Positions 1 to 8,553 of a DNA stretch of 64,000 nucleotides are shown here, piece after piece. The notes under the pieces are model-generated. The model saw only the letters and a list, made by a program, of their open reading frames with translations, searched no databases and was not told where the DNA came from. The translations under genes and the position numbers were made by a program. Source of the stretch: Spirochaetia bacterium (lineage in GTDB: Bacteria > Spirochaetota > Spirochaetia > WTKD01 > G963693115); assembly GCA_965226055.1 (NCBI GenBank), contig CBDDCA010000004.1, positions 32,001 through 96,000 of the forward strand, in the 5' to 3' direction. Position 1 is the first letter of the stretch; every line of letters starts with the position of its first letter.

Positions 1-241
1 GCATAATGTATGGAGAACCACTTTGTGGCCATGTTACTTTTATTGTTGAGGTAATGATAAATGTTGTCCAATCTATGGTTGAGTGGATAGAATCAATAAC
101 AATGGAATGAGGGTTAGTAGTATTCCATGTTTCAACTTGTGCTTCAAGTGTTTGTGCATGTAATGTGAGAGAAAATTGAGTGCCTATAAAGAGCAAAATG
201 TACAAGCACAGCATACAATGTTGAGATATGATTCTGTACAT
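1..241 (-). CDS. Hypothetical exported protein, 5' part only (runs off window edge)
   Basis: Manual translation from ATG at 241 gives MYRIISQHCMLCLYILLFIGTQFSLTLHAQTLEAQ..., open to base 1. Signal-peptide-like (LHA|Q); starts 4 bp after the upstream gene's stop. Confidence 0.6.
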   Translation of the reverse strand, partial: MYRIISQHCMLCLYILLFIGTQFSLTLHAQTLEAQVETWNTTNPHSIVIDSIHSTIDWTTFIITSTIKVTWPQSGSPYIM

Positions 242-245
242 ATGT

Positions 246-1436
246 CTATAACGATGGAATATAGCGTTCATTGCCTACTCCAAAATAAATTCCTACCCAT
301 TCCCATTTTCCGTTAATATCAGGGCGATCAGGTAATGCTATTTTTTTTATAACAAAATACCAAACAGGGACTCGTCCCCATCCACTTGTTTTCCATAACT
401 TAGTATTTTCGGTAGAGTAAGGGCTGAAATTTTTAGCTACAGAAATATTTGAGCGTGTCAATATAGGTTTAATATCAAAGTTAGGAATAAATGTATTAGA
501 ATCAGTAAGTTTTTCAAACCAATGTGCAGTAAAAAATATAGGGGATTGTAGACGTTTAATTTGTACACTATTGTATGAGTATAATGTTTGAAGTATTGAC
601 GTACGGGCAGCACTTGCGTTTTCCCAAGTGGTGCTGTTTTTCTGTCTTGAAAGCACTCTTCTTCGTATGCGCAGAAAAATGTCTTCTCTCATTTCTTTTG
701 CTTCAAGTATGAGATTATTTTCGTCATAGGAGAGATAGTTTTGATATGCTGTATATGCTTTGTTCCATTGTGCTGTGTCATCATAGTGTTTTCCAAGAAA
801 ATAATAGATATTCCCTTTATTTGGAATTCTATTATTGAAATGCTGTAAAAGAAGGGTTATTGTGGTAATATATGTATAAGGATCTTGTTCAATAGCACTT
901 AATTGTGTAAGACTATTGTATAGAATGTTTTGCATTTTTTTTGATGATGAAGTTTTGAGCAAATCATAATTATGTATGATATCGTTAAGGTAGAATTGTG
1001 CATAGGAAGTATTATGTAATGCTAAAAATTCTAAGCCAAGAAGGTATTTGTAATACATCATCAAGGATAGTAGAGTATTGTTATTTTGCATTGTACGTTG
1101 AGCGTGGTGTATATGGTTCTGGAGTAGCTGAATAAAGGTATGAGAATCAGCAGTATCTTGTTTTTCATATATATTTGATGCTATTTTTTCTATAAGATAC
1201 ATAGAAATTATTTCATTGTTCTTATGCTTTTGATATGAGTGATAAAAGAAATCTTTTGTATTAAGAGTATGTGTCTTAAAATATATACCTGTTATAAAGA
1301 TAGCAAGAGGGATAAGCAAGGACAGTATGCTTATCCATATGAATACATATCTCTTCTTATTTGTAGCTTTGTTCTCTTGTATTGCAGTAGAGGAGGGGAG
1401 TACAGGGGGTTTACTTTTTTTAGCGGTGATGCTCAT
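246..1436 (-). CDS. Membrane-anchored TPR-containing protein (spirochaete-type)
   Basis: N-terminal TM helix, TPR-like IYYFLGKHYDDTAQWNKAYTAYQNYL, C-terminal WYFVIKKI...GKWEWVGIYFG. Start moved from TTG 1454 to ATG 1436, which follows a TGnTATACT element. Confidence 0.65.
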   Translation of the reverse strand: MSITAKKSKPPVLPSSTAIQENKATNKKRYVFIWISILSLLIPLAIFITGIYFKTHTLNTKDFFYHSYQKHKNNEIISMYLIEKIASNIYEKQDTADSHTFIQLLQNHIHHAQRTMQNNNTLLSLMMYYKYLLGLEFLALHNTSYAQFYLNDIIHNYDLLKTSSSKKMQNILYNSLTQLSAIEQDPYTYITTITLLLQHFNNRIPNKGNIYYFLGKHYDDTAQWNKAYTAYQNYLSYDENNLILEAKEMREDIFLRIRRRVLSRQKNSTTWENASAARTSILQTLYSYNSVQIKRLQSPIFFTAHWFEKLTDSNTFIPNFDIKPILTRSNISVAKNFSPYSTENTKLWKTSGWGRVPVWYFVIKKIALPDRPDINGKWEWVGIYFGVGNERYIPSL

Positions 1437-1636
1437 AATGGTATAGTATAACAAGTTATTTTATATAACTTATGTACTATTATAGTACACTTATGAGTCA
1501 AAAGTAAGAATATTGCCTTATTTTTTACATTAGTATTCTCTTTCTCCTGTAGATATGTAGTGGGTATTTGTGCAAATTTTGTAGTATATAGTCCGTTCTA
1601 TTTTTGAATATAGATATAGTAACCTGTATGTAAAGT

Positions 1637-1885
1637 ATGTCAGATGTGAACGAATTGTTTGGAAATGCTATACGAACTTTACGGAAGCGAAGCGGTTTAT
1701 CACAGGATACGCTTGCTCATAGGGCAGAAATAGATAGAACTTATATGTCTTCTATTGAAAGAGGAAAAAAGAATCCTACTATCAAAGTGATTTATAAGTT
1801 ATCTGTAGGATTAGGCATTACGGTATCTGATATAGTAAATGAATTTGAGAAAAATATACCGAATGATGAATCATCAAATGATTAG
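1637..1885 (+). CDS. XRE-family HTH regulator resembling R-M controller (C) proteins
   Basis: 82 aa, LSQDTLAHRAEIDRTYMSSIERGKKNPT; the DRTY..IERG.N recognition-helix signature is typical of C proteins. Confidence 0.8.
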   Translation: MSDVNELFGNAIRTLRKRSGLSQDTLAHRAEIDRTYMSSIERGKKNPTIKVIYKLSVGLGITVSDIVNEFEKNIPNDESSND

Positions 1886-2083
1886 TTTTATTATAGTGTA
1901 TATTATTCAAAAAATCAGATGTGTAGAGGTTGAGGTAATGTAATCATATATATTATAATGAATGTATAGTTATTGTATTGTATTACAATACTGTCAACTA
2001 TATTGGTGATGTGTTAAGGGAGAGGCAAGACACACAATAATTTTTTTATTTTTGCTATTGCAAAAGATACCGATTTTATTATT

Positions 2084-2752
2084 ATGGAAACAGAAATAAC
2101 AATCAATGATTTATCCACAGCTATAAATGAGATAAGAGATCGTTTACCTAATAATCAAGGTTGGTCTACACCTAGCGTGATAATATTTACAATTATTGGT
2201 ATTTTGATAGCATTGTTTATATTTTTTGTCTTGTCTGAAATTTTTCAGATTAAAAAAAGAATGAAGGATATTGAAGTAAATATAAAAAACATTTCTATTG
2301 ATACATCAAATCTGGACTTTATTAAAAAATTTATTAGTTTGTTTTTTAAGAATGATGGAGTTGATTTAACTACTATTAGTAGTCCAATTACATTAAACGA
2401 GAGAGGGAAGGATCTCTCAAGAAAAATACAAGCTGATGCTATAATAGGAAGAAATTATGAATCTTTCAAAAAAAATGTATGTAAAGAGGAATCAATAAAT
2501 GCTTATGACATACAACAAAATTGTTTTGATTTTTCAAGAGAAATTATAAAAGAAAAACAGTATTTTGAAGTGGATGAATACGAGAATATGAAATCTATCG
2601 CTTTTGATGAAGGTATTACGATAGAAAGCATGTATATTATCTTTGGTATATTATTAAGGGATAGAATATTAGAAGAAATGCAATTACCTCATGATGATAT
2701 TGATAAACATGATCTCAGTACAACAAACAGCACAACAAATCAAGAAGAATAA
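2084..2752 (+). CDS. Hypothetical protein with single N-terminal TM helix
   Basis: 222-aa ORF, hydrophobic VIIFTIIGILIALFIFFVL, very AT-rich; no recognised motif. Confidence 0.65.
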   Translation: METEITINDLSTAINEIRDRLPNNQGWSTPSVIIFTIIGILIALFIFFVLSEIFQIKKRMKDIEVNIKNISIDTSNLDFIKKFISLFFKNDGVDLTTISSPITLNERGKDLSRKIQADAIIGRNYESFKKNVCKEESINAYDIQQNCFDFSREIIKEKQYFEVDEYENMKSIAFDEGITIESMYIIFGILLRDRILEEMQLPHDDIDKHDLSTTNSTTNQEE

Positions 2753-2876
2753 ATGAAAGTTTGTATCACTAAAAACAATAGATAAGTCAGTACACCCCGT
2801 ATAACCCATTAAGTGAACACTCCGAAAAGTATTGTATATAGGACTATTGATTTACTTATGTTCTATTTCTGTTCTA

Positions 2877-3827
2877 CTATCGTTTTTCTTTGTCGTAAGG
2901 AATAGCAAGTGCTTTTGGGGCATTGTTGTTTTTGCTAAATAGTACTAACGCTACAATAGTGAGTATATACGGTAATGTCTTAAAAATTTCTTTAGGAATA
3001 AAGCTGAGGGCAGGAACGCTCGTAGAGTAGATTGCTGTTACTTGTAAAAAACCAAAGAGAAGTCCTGCTCCGAGCACTCCTAATGCTCGCCATTTTCCAA
3101 ATATCATAGTAGCTAATGCAATAAACCCTGTTCCATGAATACTGAGTACTGTGTATTGAGTGTCTTGTGTAAGCACCATAACACCACCAGCTAATCCTGC
3201 AAGAAACCCTGAGCTAAGTACAGAAAAAAATCGAATTGTGTACACACTTACTCCTGCACTCTCTAAGGCTCCGGGATGTTCTCCTGCAGCTTTTAATCGT
3301 AGTCCTATGACTGTTTTGTTGATAATAAACCAAACAAGAGCAACAAGTATGAGAGCAACATATACTGAGCTATAGATATTACTAAAAAATATTGGTCCAA
3401 TAATAGGAATATCTGATAATATAGGGAATGTAGATTTTACAAACCCACGAGTAAAATTTTCTGTTCTTTGTTGATTAAATATAATCTGACAAAAATAAAT
3501 AGTGACTCCAGTTGCTAAAAAGTTGATGCCAGCTCCTGATACTATTTGGTCTCCTTTTAATTGTATGCTTATGAAGGCATGTATCGCTGAGAAAAGCATA
3601 CCAATAATAGCTCCCAGAATAATAGAAATCCATGGAGCAAGTGTAGGAATGTTTTGTTCTAAAAAAACTACAGTAGTAGCAGCCGTGAATCCCCCTAGCA
3701 TCATAAGTCCTTCTAGTGCTATATTTGTTACTCCACTGCGTTCAGTAATGAGTCCTCCTAATCCAGCAATAATGATAGGAGCCGAAAGTATAAGAGTAAG
3801 GGTGAGTATAGCATATATGACTGTCAT
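2877..3827 (-). CDS. Nucleoside/sugar ABC transporter permease (BPD_transp_2)
   Basis: ERSGVTNIALEG, GLRLKAAGEHP and GFIALATMIFGKW motifs. Confidence 0.92.
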   Translation of the reverse strand: MTVIYAILTLTLILSAPIIIAGLGGLITERSGVTNIALEGLMMLGGFTAATTVVFLEQNIPTLAPWISIILGAIIGMLFSAIHAFISIQLKGDQIVSGAGINFLATGVTIYFCQIIFNQQRTENFTRGFVKSTFPILSDIPIIGPIFFSNIYSSVYVALILVALVWFIINKTVIGLRLKAAGEHPGALESAGVSVYTIRFFSVLSSGFLAGLAGGVMVLTQDTQYTVLSIHGTGFIALATMIFGKWRALGVLGAGLLFGFLQVTAIYSTSVPALSFIPKEIFKTLPYILTIVALVLFSKNNNAPKALAIPYDKEKR

Positions 3828-5014
3828 TGAGATTCCTCCTTTTCGTTATGTATGGTAGGAGAGGGATCGTGTTCATTTTGAGTTTGTTTTTTCTGTCCAT
3901 GCTTTCTTTTTTGTAAATAGTGCAAAAACATACGAATGCCATGTTGCATAGCTACTATGATAATTATTGTAGCAATTATTATGGTGATAATATCGCGTGG
4001 TATTTTACGCGTTTGCATAATAGGTTGTGCTGATTTTAATGATCCAAACAATAACCCAGCTAGCAGCACTCCTATAGCAGCATTATTGCCTATGAGAGCA
4101 ACCCCAATTCCGTCAAAGCCATAGTTTTCAAAGCCAGCAAGCACACGACCGTAGCTAAAAGTGCCAATGGAGATTACTACTCCTGCTAGTCCTGCAAAAG
4201 CACCGGATATCATCATAGACAAGACAATATTAGTATTGACTTTAATGCCAGCAAGATGTGCAGCTTTTTGGTTGTAGCCTGTAGCTTTTAATTCATATCC
4301 AAACGTAGTTTTGTTGATAATAATCCAAAATGCTATAATAGCGAGTATCACTACAATAAGTCCCCAGTGTAAACGGGAATTACGGGTAAGAGAAGAAAGA
4401 AAATCACTGTGTAATAATGCTGATTCTGGCAAAGGGTTTGTTTTTACCATGCTGTTTCTGGGGAGCTGTAAGTAACCAAAATTGGTAAAATACAAAGCAA
4501 CATAGTTTAGCATAATGGTAACTACTACCTCGTGAATATTAAATTTTGCTTTTAATATTCCGGGAATGGCTCCCCACAATGCTCCTGTAATGAGACCTGC
4601 AATAATTACCATAGGAAGAAGGAGTATTTTTGGAAGTTCAGGAAACAGTAAGCCTGTGCTTACGGCTGCCCAACTTCCCATCATAAGCTGTCCTTCTGCT
4701 CCAATATTAAACAATCCTACCCGTAGTGCAAAGGCTACTGATAATCCAGTTAAAATAATTGGCATGACATACACAAAATATTCACCAATATAACGTGAAT
4801 TAAAGAAATTTTTGCTTGAGTTAGACTGTAGATTTATCCCAAATGTTCCGCGTAATATGGCAATAAAGAGATCTATAGGATTGTATCCTGTGATGATCAT
4901 AAGAAAGACACCACTTAACAGTCCACAGAGTACTGCTATTATTGGGATGGATATTTTTTGTTTTGCAAGTAAACGTTTTGCTATTGAAGCTGTCAATGGT
5001 ATTTTTTCTTTCAA
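3824..5014 (-). CDS. Nucleoside/sugar ABC transporter permease
   Basis: GLFNIGAEGQ, EVVVTIMLNY and GFDGIGVALIG motifs; 4-bp overlap with the next gene. Confidence 0.92.
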   Translation of the reverse strand: MKEKIPLTASIAKRLLAKQKISIPIIAVLCGLLSGVFLMIITGYNPIDLFIAILRGTFGINLQSNSSKNFFNSRYIGEYFVYVMPIILTGLSVAFALRVGLFNIGAEGQLMMGSWAAVSTGLLFPELPKILLLPMVIIAGLITGALWGAIPGILKAKFNIHEVVVTIMLNYVALYFTNFGYLQLPRNSMVKTNPLPESALLHSDFLSSLTRNSRLHWGLIVVILAIIAFWIIINKTTFGYELKATGYNQKAAHLAGIKVNTNIVLSMMISGAFAGLAGVVISIGTFSYGRVLAGFENYGFDGIGVALIGNNAAIGVLLAGLLFGSLKSAQPIMQTRKIPRDIITIIIATIIIIVAMQHGIRMFLHYLQKRKHGQKKQTQNEHDPSPTIHNEKEESQ

Positions 5015-5030
5015 TGGTGTTGCCTTTTCA

Positions 5031-6596
5031 TTATTTTTTATTTTTTCCTATCATCATAAGTCCTATTTCTATTGGATCTATATTTTCAGAAGAAAGAATA
5101 TTTACTATACTTCCATTATACATAACTGCAATTCTATCAGAGAGTTTAGTTATTTCATCTAACTCCATAGAGATAAGAAGTATTGCCTTACCTTTGTTTC
5201 TTTCTTCAATGAGTCTGCTATGAATATATTCAATAGCACCAACATCAAGTCCACGTGTTGGCTGTACCACTAACAGTAGCTTTGGTGAATAATCTATCTC
5301 ACGAGCTATAATTGCTTTTTGTTGGTTTCCGCCTGACATATCTGATACGATACTATTTCGTCCTTGCCCAGAACGTATATCAAAATCTTGAATAAGTGTA
5401 TCTGCCAATGCATGGATAGCATTAAAGTTGAGTATGCTGTATTTAGAGTAGGGGGCTGTACGATATTTTTTTAGAATAATATTTTCGGACAGTGTAAAGT
5501 GAGGAATAAGTCCGTCTTTTTGGCGATCTTCAGGAATAATGCCTATACCTTGTTGTATACGTTCATAAATATTTGTGTGTTCTATACTGATCTCATCAAG
5601 TAGTATCTCACCATTTTCTATTTTTCGAGTGCCTACTAATGTTTCAAACAATTCAATTTGTCCATTTCCTTCGACTCCTGCTATTCCTAAAATTTCCCCT
5701 TTCTTTACTTCTAAAGATACCGAATGTACAACTGTTTTATTATTCTTTTTTGCACTTAGATTTTGTATCTTTAGTACAGTGTTGCTATCTGGTATATTGC
5801 TCTTTTGTATGCCCTGTGATAAACTGCGTCCTACCATCATTTCTGCAAGCTGTTGCTCGCTTGTATCTTTTACATTGACAGTTCCTATGTATTTTCCTCT
5901 GCGTAATATTGTACAATGTGCTGCTACCTGTTTTATTTCCTTGAGTTTATGTGTAATAAGGATAATAGATTTTCCTTCTTGTATCAATGATTGCATAATA
6001 TTCATAAGCTCTTCAATTTCACTGGGAACAAGAACAGCAGTAGGCTCATCAAATATCATAACTTCTGCATTACGGTACAGCATTTTTAATATTTCAACTC
6101 TTTGTTGCATACTTACTGGTATATCCTTTATGAGAGCGTGTGGATCAATACTGAGATTATAGGTCTCTGATATTTCTTCAATTCTTTTTGTCGTTTCTTT
6201 TAGAAAAAGTCTATTGAACGATTTTTTTGGCTCAATGCCAAGTATGATATTTTCTGCTACTGTAAATGTATCAATAAGCTGAAAATGCTGATGTACCATG
6301 CCAATGCCTAGTTTGTTTGCTATCAATGGATTACTAATGGTAACTTTTTCTCCACGAAGGTATATCTCTCCTTCTTCGGGACTGAGGAGTCCAAACAGAA
6401 TGCTCATGAGAGTACTTTTTCCCGATCCGTTTTCTCCTAAAAGAGCATGGATGCTATTTTTTTCTACTTGTAAAGAAACTCCATCATTTGCAACGATACC
6501 GGGAAAGCTTTTACGAATTCCTAGCATTTTTACTATGTATGTATCGTGATTATGAGAATCTGATTGCGATGTAACATTTTTTTTGTTTACAAGCAT
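5031..6596 (-). CDS. Nucleoside/sugar ABC transporter ATP-binding protein (two NBDs)
   Basis: GENGSGKST Walker A, DEPTAVL, SGGNQQK, QPTRGLDVGA. Confidence 0.95.
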   Translation of the reverse strand: MLVNKKNVTSQSDSHNHDTYIVKMLGIRKSFPGIVANDGVSLQVEKNSIHALLGENGSGKSTLMSILFGLLSPEEGEIYLRGEKVTISNPLIANKLGIGMVHQHFQLIDTFTVAENIILGIEPKKSFNRLFLKETTKRIEEISETYNLSIDPHALIKDIPVSMQQRVEILKMLYRNAEVMIFDEPTAVLVPSEIEELMNIMQSLIQEGKSIILITHKLKEIKQVAAHCTILRRGKYIGTVNVKDTSEQQLAEMMVGRSLSQGIQKSNIPDSNTVLKIQNLSAKKNNKTVVHSVSLEVKKGEILGIAGVEGNGQIELFETLVGTRKIENGEILLDEISIEHTNIYERIQQGIGIIPEDRQKDGLIPHFTLSENIILKKYRTAPYSKYSILNFNAIHALADTLIQDFDIRSGQGRNSIVSDMSGGNQQKAIIAREIDYSPKLLLVVQPTRGLDVGAIEYIHSRLIEERNKGKAILLISMELDEITKLSDRIAVMYNGSIVNILSSENIDPIEIGLMMIGKNKK

Positions 6597-6768
6597 ACCT
6601 CTATCGCCACTTCTATTACTAGAATAGCATATATTAATCTATTTTGTTTTTAAATACTATTGTTATAGGAAACTAGAAATTCTCTTCTGCTTGCTATAAA
6701 TAAAAAAATACGCTCTATAAATTATATTGTACAAAGACAAAAAATATAAAATATGTTATTATAAAACT

Positions 6769-6921
6769 ATGAGTAATAAAACAAGCAAAGATAGTTATTC
6801 AGAGAAAAAAAATGCGTCTAGTAGTAACACATCATCGTTTGATGTTAGTAAATACATGATAGCACAAGAAAGTGTAGAACTATTTCGCAAAAACAGTAAA
6901 GGGCAAAAAGGCAAGAAATAG
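6769..6921 (+). CDS. 50-aa basic small protein (SFxxSKYMxAQE family), copy 1
   Basis: MSNKTSKDSYSEKKNASSSNTSSFDVSKYMIAQESVELFRKNSKGQKGKK; paralog of equal length at 52736-52888. TGnTATTAT lies 6 nt before the ATG. Confidence 0.65.
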   Translation: MSNKTSKDSYSEKKNASSSNTSSFDVSKYMIAQESVELFRKNSKGQKGKK

Positions 6922-6929
6922 AATAAAAA

Positions 6930-7216
6930 TTTACTAACAGGATAACTATAAAAAAGTATCAGTAATACTATTGCTAGTGTAGAATATATTGTCAGACTCC
7001 ATCTGCTGTATTATAGATAATATTCCCTGTATCATAGGCATGATTGCCACTATTAGTATTATACACCCTGTTAATAATACTGTAGCTTTTGAACTATTTT
7101 TATCTGATATTGTTCTGATATTATTATTAAGATTTATTGCATTCTCATAAATAAATTCTAGCATTTTAGGATCTTTTTCTAAGAGTTTCTCATCTATGTT
7201 TAGTTTTTTCTTCCAT
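6930..7216 (-). pseudogene. Frameshifted, truncated paralog of the 3-TM protein at 52077-52721
   Basis: ATG 7216 is followed by an extra A in an A-run. LEFIYENAINLNNNIRTISDKNSSKATVLLTGCIILIVAIMPMIQGI matches LNFIYDNAIKLINSIKTVSDKHNSKATVLLTSCILIIVAMIPIIKGI. TM2 (STLAIVLLILFIVILLV) lies in another frame and the C-terminal half is missing. Confidence 0.8.
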
Positions 7217-7345
7217 AGGTAGATTATAACAAAAACAAAGCAAATAGTAGATATTATAGGATATACAAATGGAAATTCTCTTTGCTTGCTATAAATAAAA
7301 AAAGTGATATAATAAAAATAAATTGTTCAATATATAGGAGGTTAT

Positions 7346-8404
7346 ATGAGAACATTATTTTCATTTATTGTGATAGTGAGTATACTGCCATCACTTGCAT
7401 TTGCTGGAGGTGATAATGAAGGTGCTTCTACAGCAAGCTATAGTATAGGACTTGTTACTGATATTGGTGGTATAGATGATAAGTCTTTTAATCAAAGTAC
7501 ATGGGAAGGAATTCTTCGCTTTGAGAAAGATTTCTCAAGTCAAGGGGGACTCAATGTTACTTATTTACAATCAGAGTCTGATGCTGATTATATTCCAAAC
7601 TTAAGTACATTAGCAGATGAAGGGTATCAGCTTATTGTCGCACCAGGGTTTCTTTTTATAGATTCTATTGCTGAGGTGTCACGTAATTATCCTGATACTC
7701 ATTTTCTTATTATTGACTCTGTTGTGGGAGAGAGAGAAAATGTCGCGAGTGCAGTATTTTCCGAACATGAAGGCTCTTTTCTTGTAGGGGTAGCAGCTGC
7801 AATACAAGCAAAGAAAGATGGAGCTAAGAAAGTTGGTTTTATTGGAGGTATTGATTTTGATGTTATTCAACGTTTTGAATCAGGGTTTGAAGCAGGCGTA
7901 GCGGCAGTAGACAGTAGTATTGCAGTAGTGGTAGAATACGCAGGTGATTTTGCAAACCCTCAAATAGGACAAACCATCGCTACAAAAATGTATGATAGTG
8001 GTATTTCTGTTATTTTTCATGCTGCTGGAGGAACAGGAAATGGTATTATCAAAGAAGCAAAAGACAGAGCAATACAAAACAATAAAGTTGTTGCATGGGT
8101 CATAGGGGTAGATAGAGACCAATATGAAGAAGGTATTTTCAATACTGCAAGCAAACAATCAGTGATTCTCACTTCAATGCTCAAGCGTGTAGATGTTGCT
8201 GCATATTCGGTGTCAAAGCAAGAAACAGAAGGAAACTTTCCTGGACAAGAAGTGTTATACTTTGATTTATCGCAGGATGGTGTTGGTATTCCAGCAAAAA
8301 ATCCAAATTTAGACAATGACACACTCATGATAATAGATGAATGGAAACAAAAAATAATAGACGGAAGCCATACAGTTCCTAATACCCCAACACGTTTACA
8401 ATAA
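7346..8404 (+). CDS. BMP-family (PnrA/TmpC-like) nucleoside ABC substrate-binding protein
   Basis: GGIDDKSFNQSTWEG, FHAAGGTGNG, IGVDRDQ, TSMLKRVD; SD AGGAGG; divergent from the cognate ABC operon. Confidence 0.93.
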   Translation: MRTLFSFIVIVSILPSLAFAGGDNEGASTASYSIGLVTDIGGIDDKSFNQSTWEGILRFEKDFSSQGGLNVTYLQSESDADYIPNLSTLADEGYQLIVAPGFLFIDSIAEVSRNYPDTHFLIIDSVVGERENVASAVFSEHEGSFLVGVAAAIQAKKDGAKKVGFIGGIDFDVIQRFESGFEAGVAAVDSSIAVVVEYAGDFANPQIGQTIATKMYDSGISVIFHAAGGTGNGIIKEAKDRAIQNNKVVAWVIGVDRDQYEEGIFNTASKQSVILTSMLKRVDVAAYSVSKQETEGNFPGQEVLYFDLSQDGVGIPAKNPNLDNDTLMIIDEWKQKIIDGSHTVPNTPTRLQ

Positions 8405-8410
8405 TACTAT

Positions 8411-8446
8411 AAGTATACAAGGCATGAATTACTGCCTTGTATACTT
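8411..8446 (+). terminator. Stem-loop after bmp gene
   Basis: aagtatacaaggca-(8 nt)-tgccttgtatactt, perfect 14-bp inverted repeat. Confidence 0.75.
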
Positions 8447-8553
8447 CTCTCAATACTAAACTATATGTCTGCTGCTTTTTTCTCTTTTGTTGTATGTAAT
8501 GCTTGAATCTGCATTACAGATATAGAAATTAAATATTTGGCATAATAGAGATT

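Larger units (their letters stand above)
6676..7303 (+). repeat. ~33-bp direct repeat (6676-6708 and 7272-7303) flanking a small two-gene islet
   Basis: gaaattctcttctgcttgctataaataaaaaaa vs gaaattctctt-tgcttgctataaataaaaaaa. The second copy supplies the TTGCTA -35 of the putative bmp promoter. Confidence 0.8.

Noticed and set aside
3160-6549. Plus-strand ORFs opposite the ABC transporter genes
   Set aside because: Antisense shadows of well-supported genes.
8494-8508. 14-nt match atgtaatgcttgaa shared with ~52005, upstream of two islets
   Set aside because: Matches of this length are expected by chance in 64 kb of AT-rich DNA; no flanking similarity or attC-like structure.
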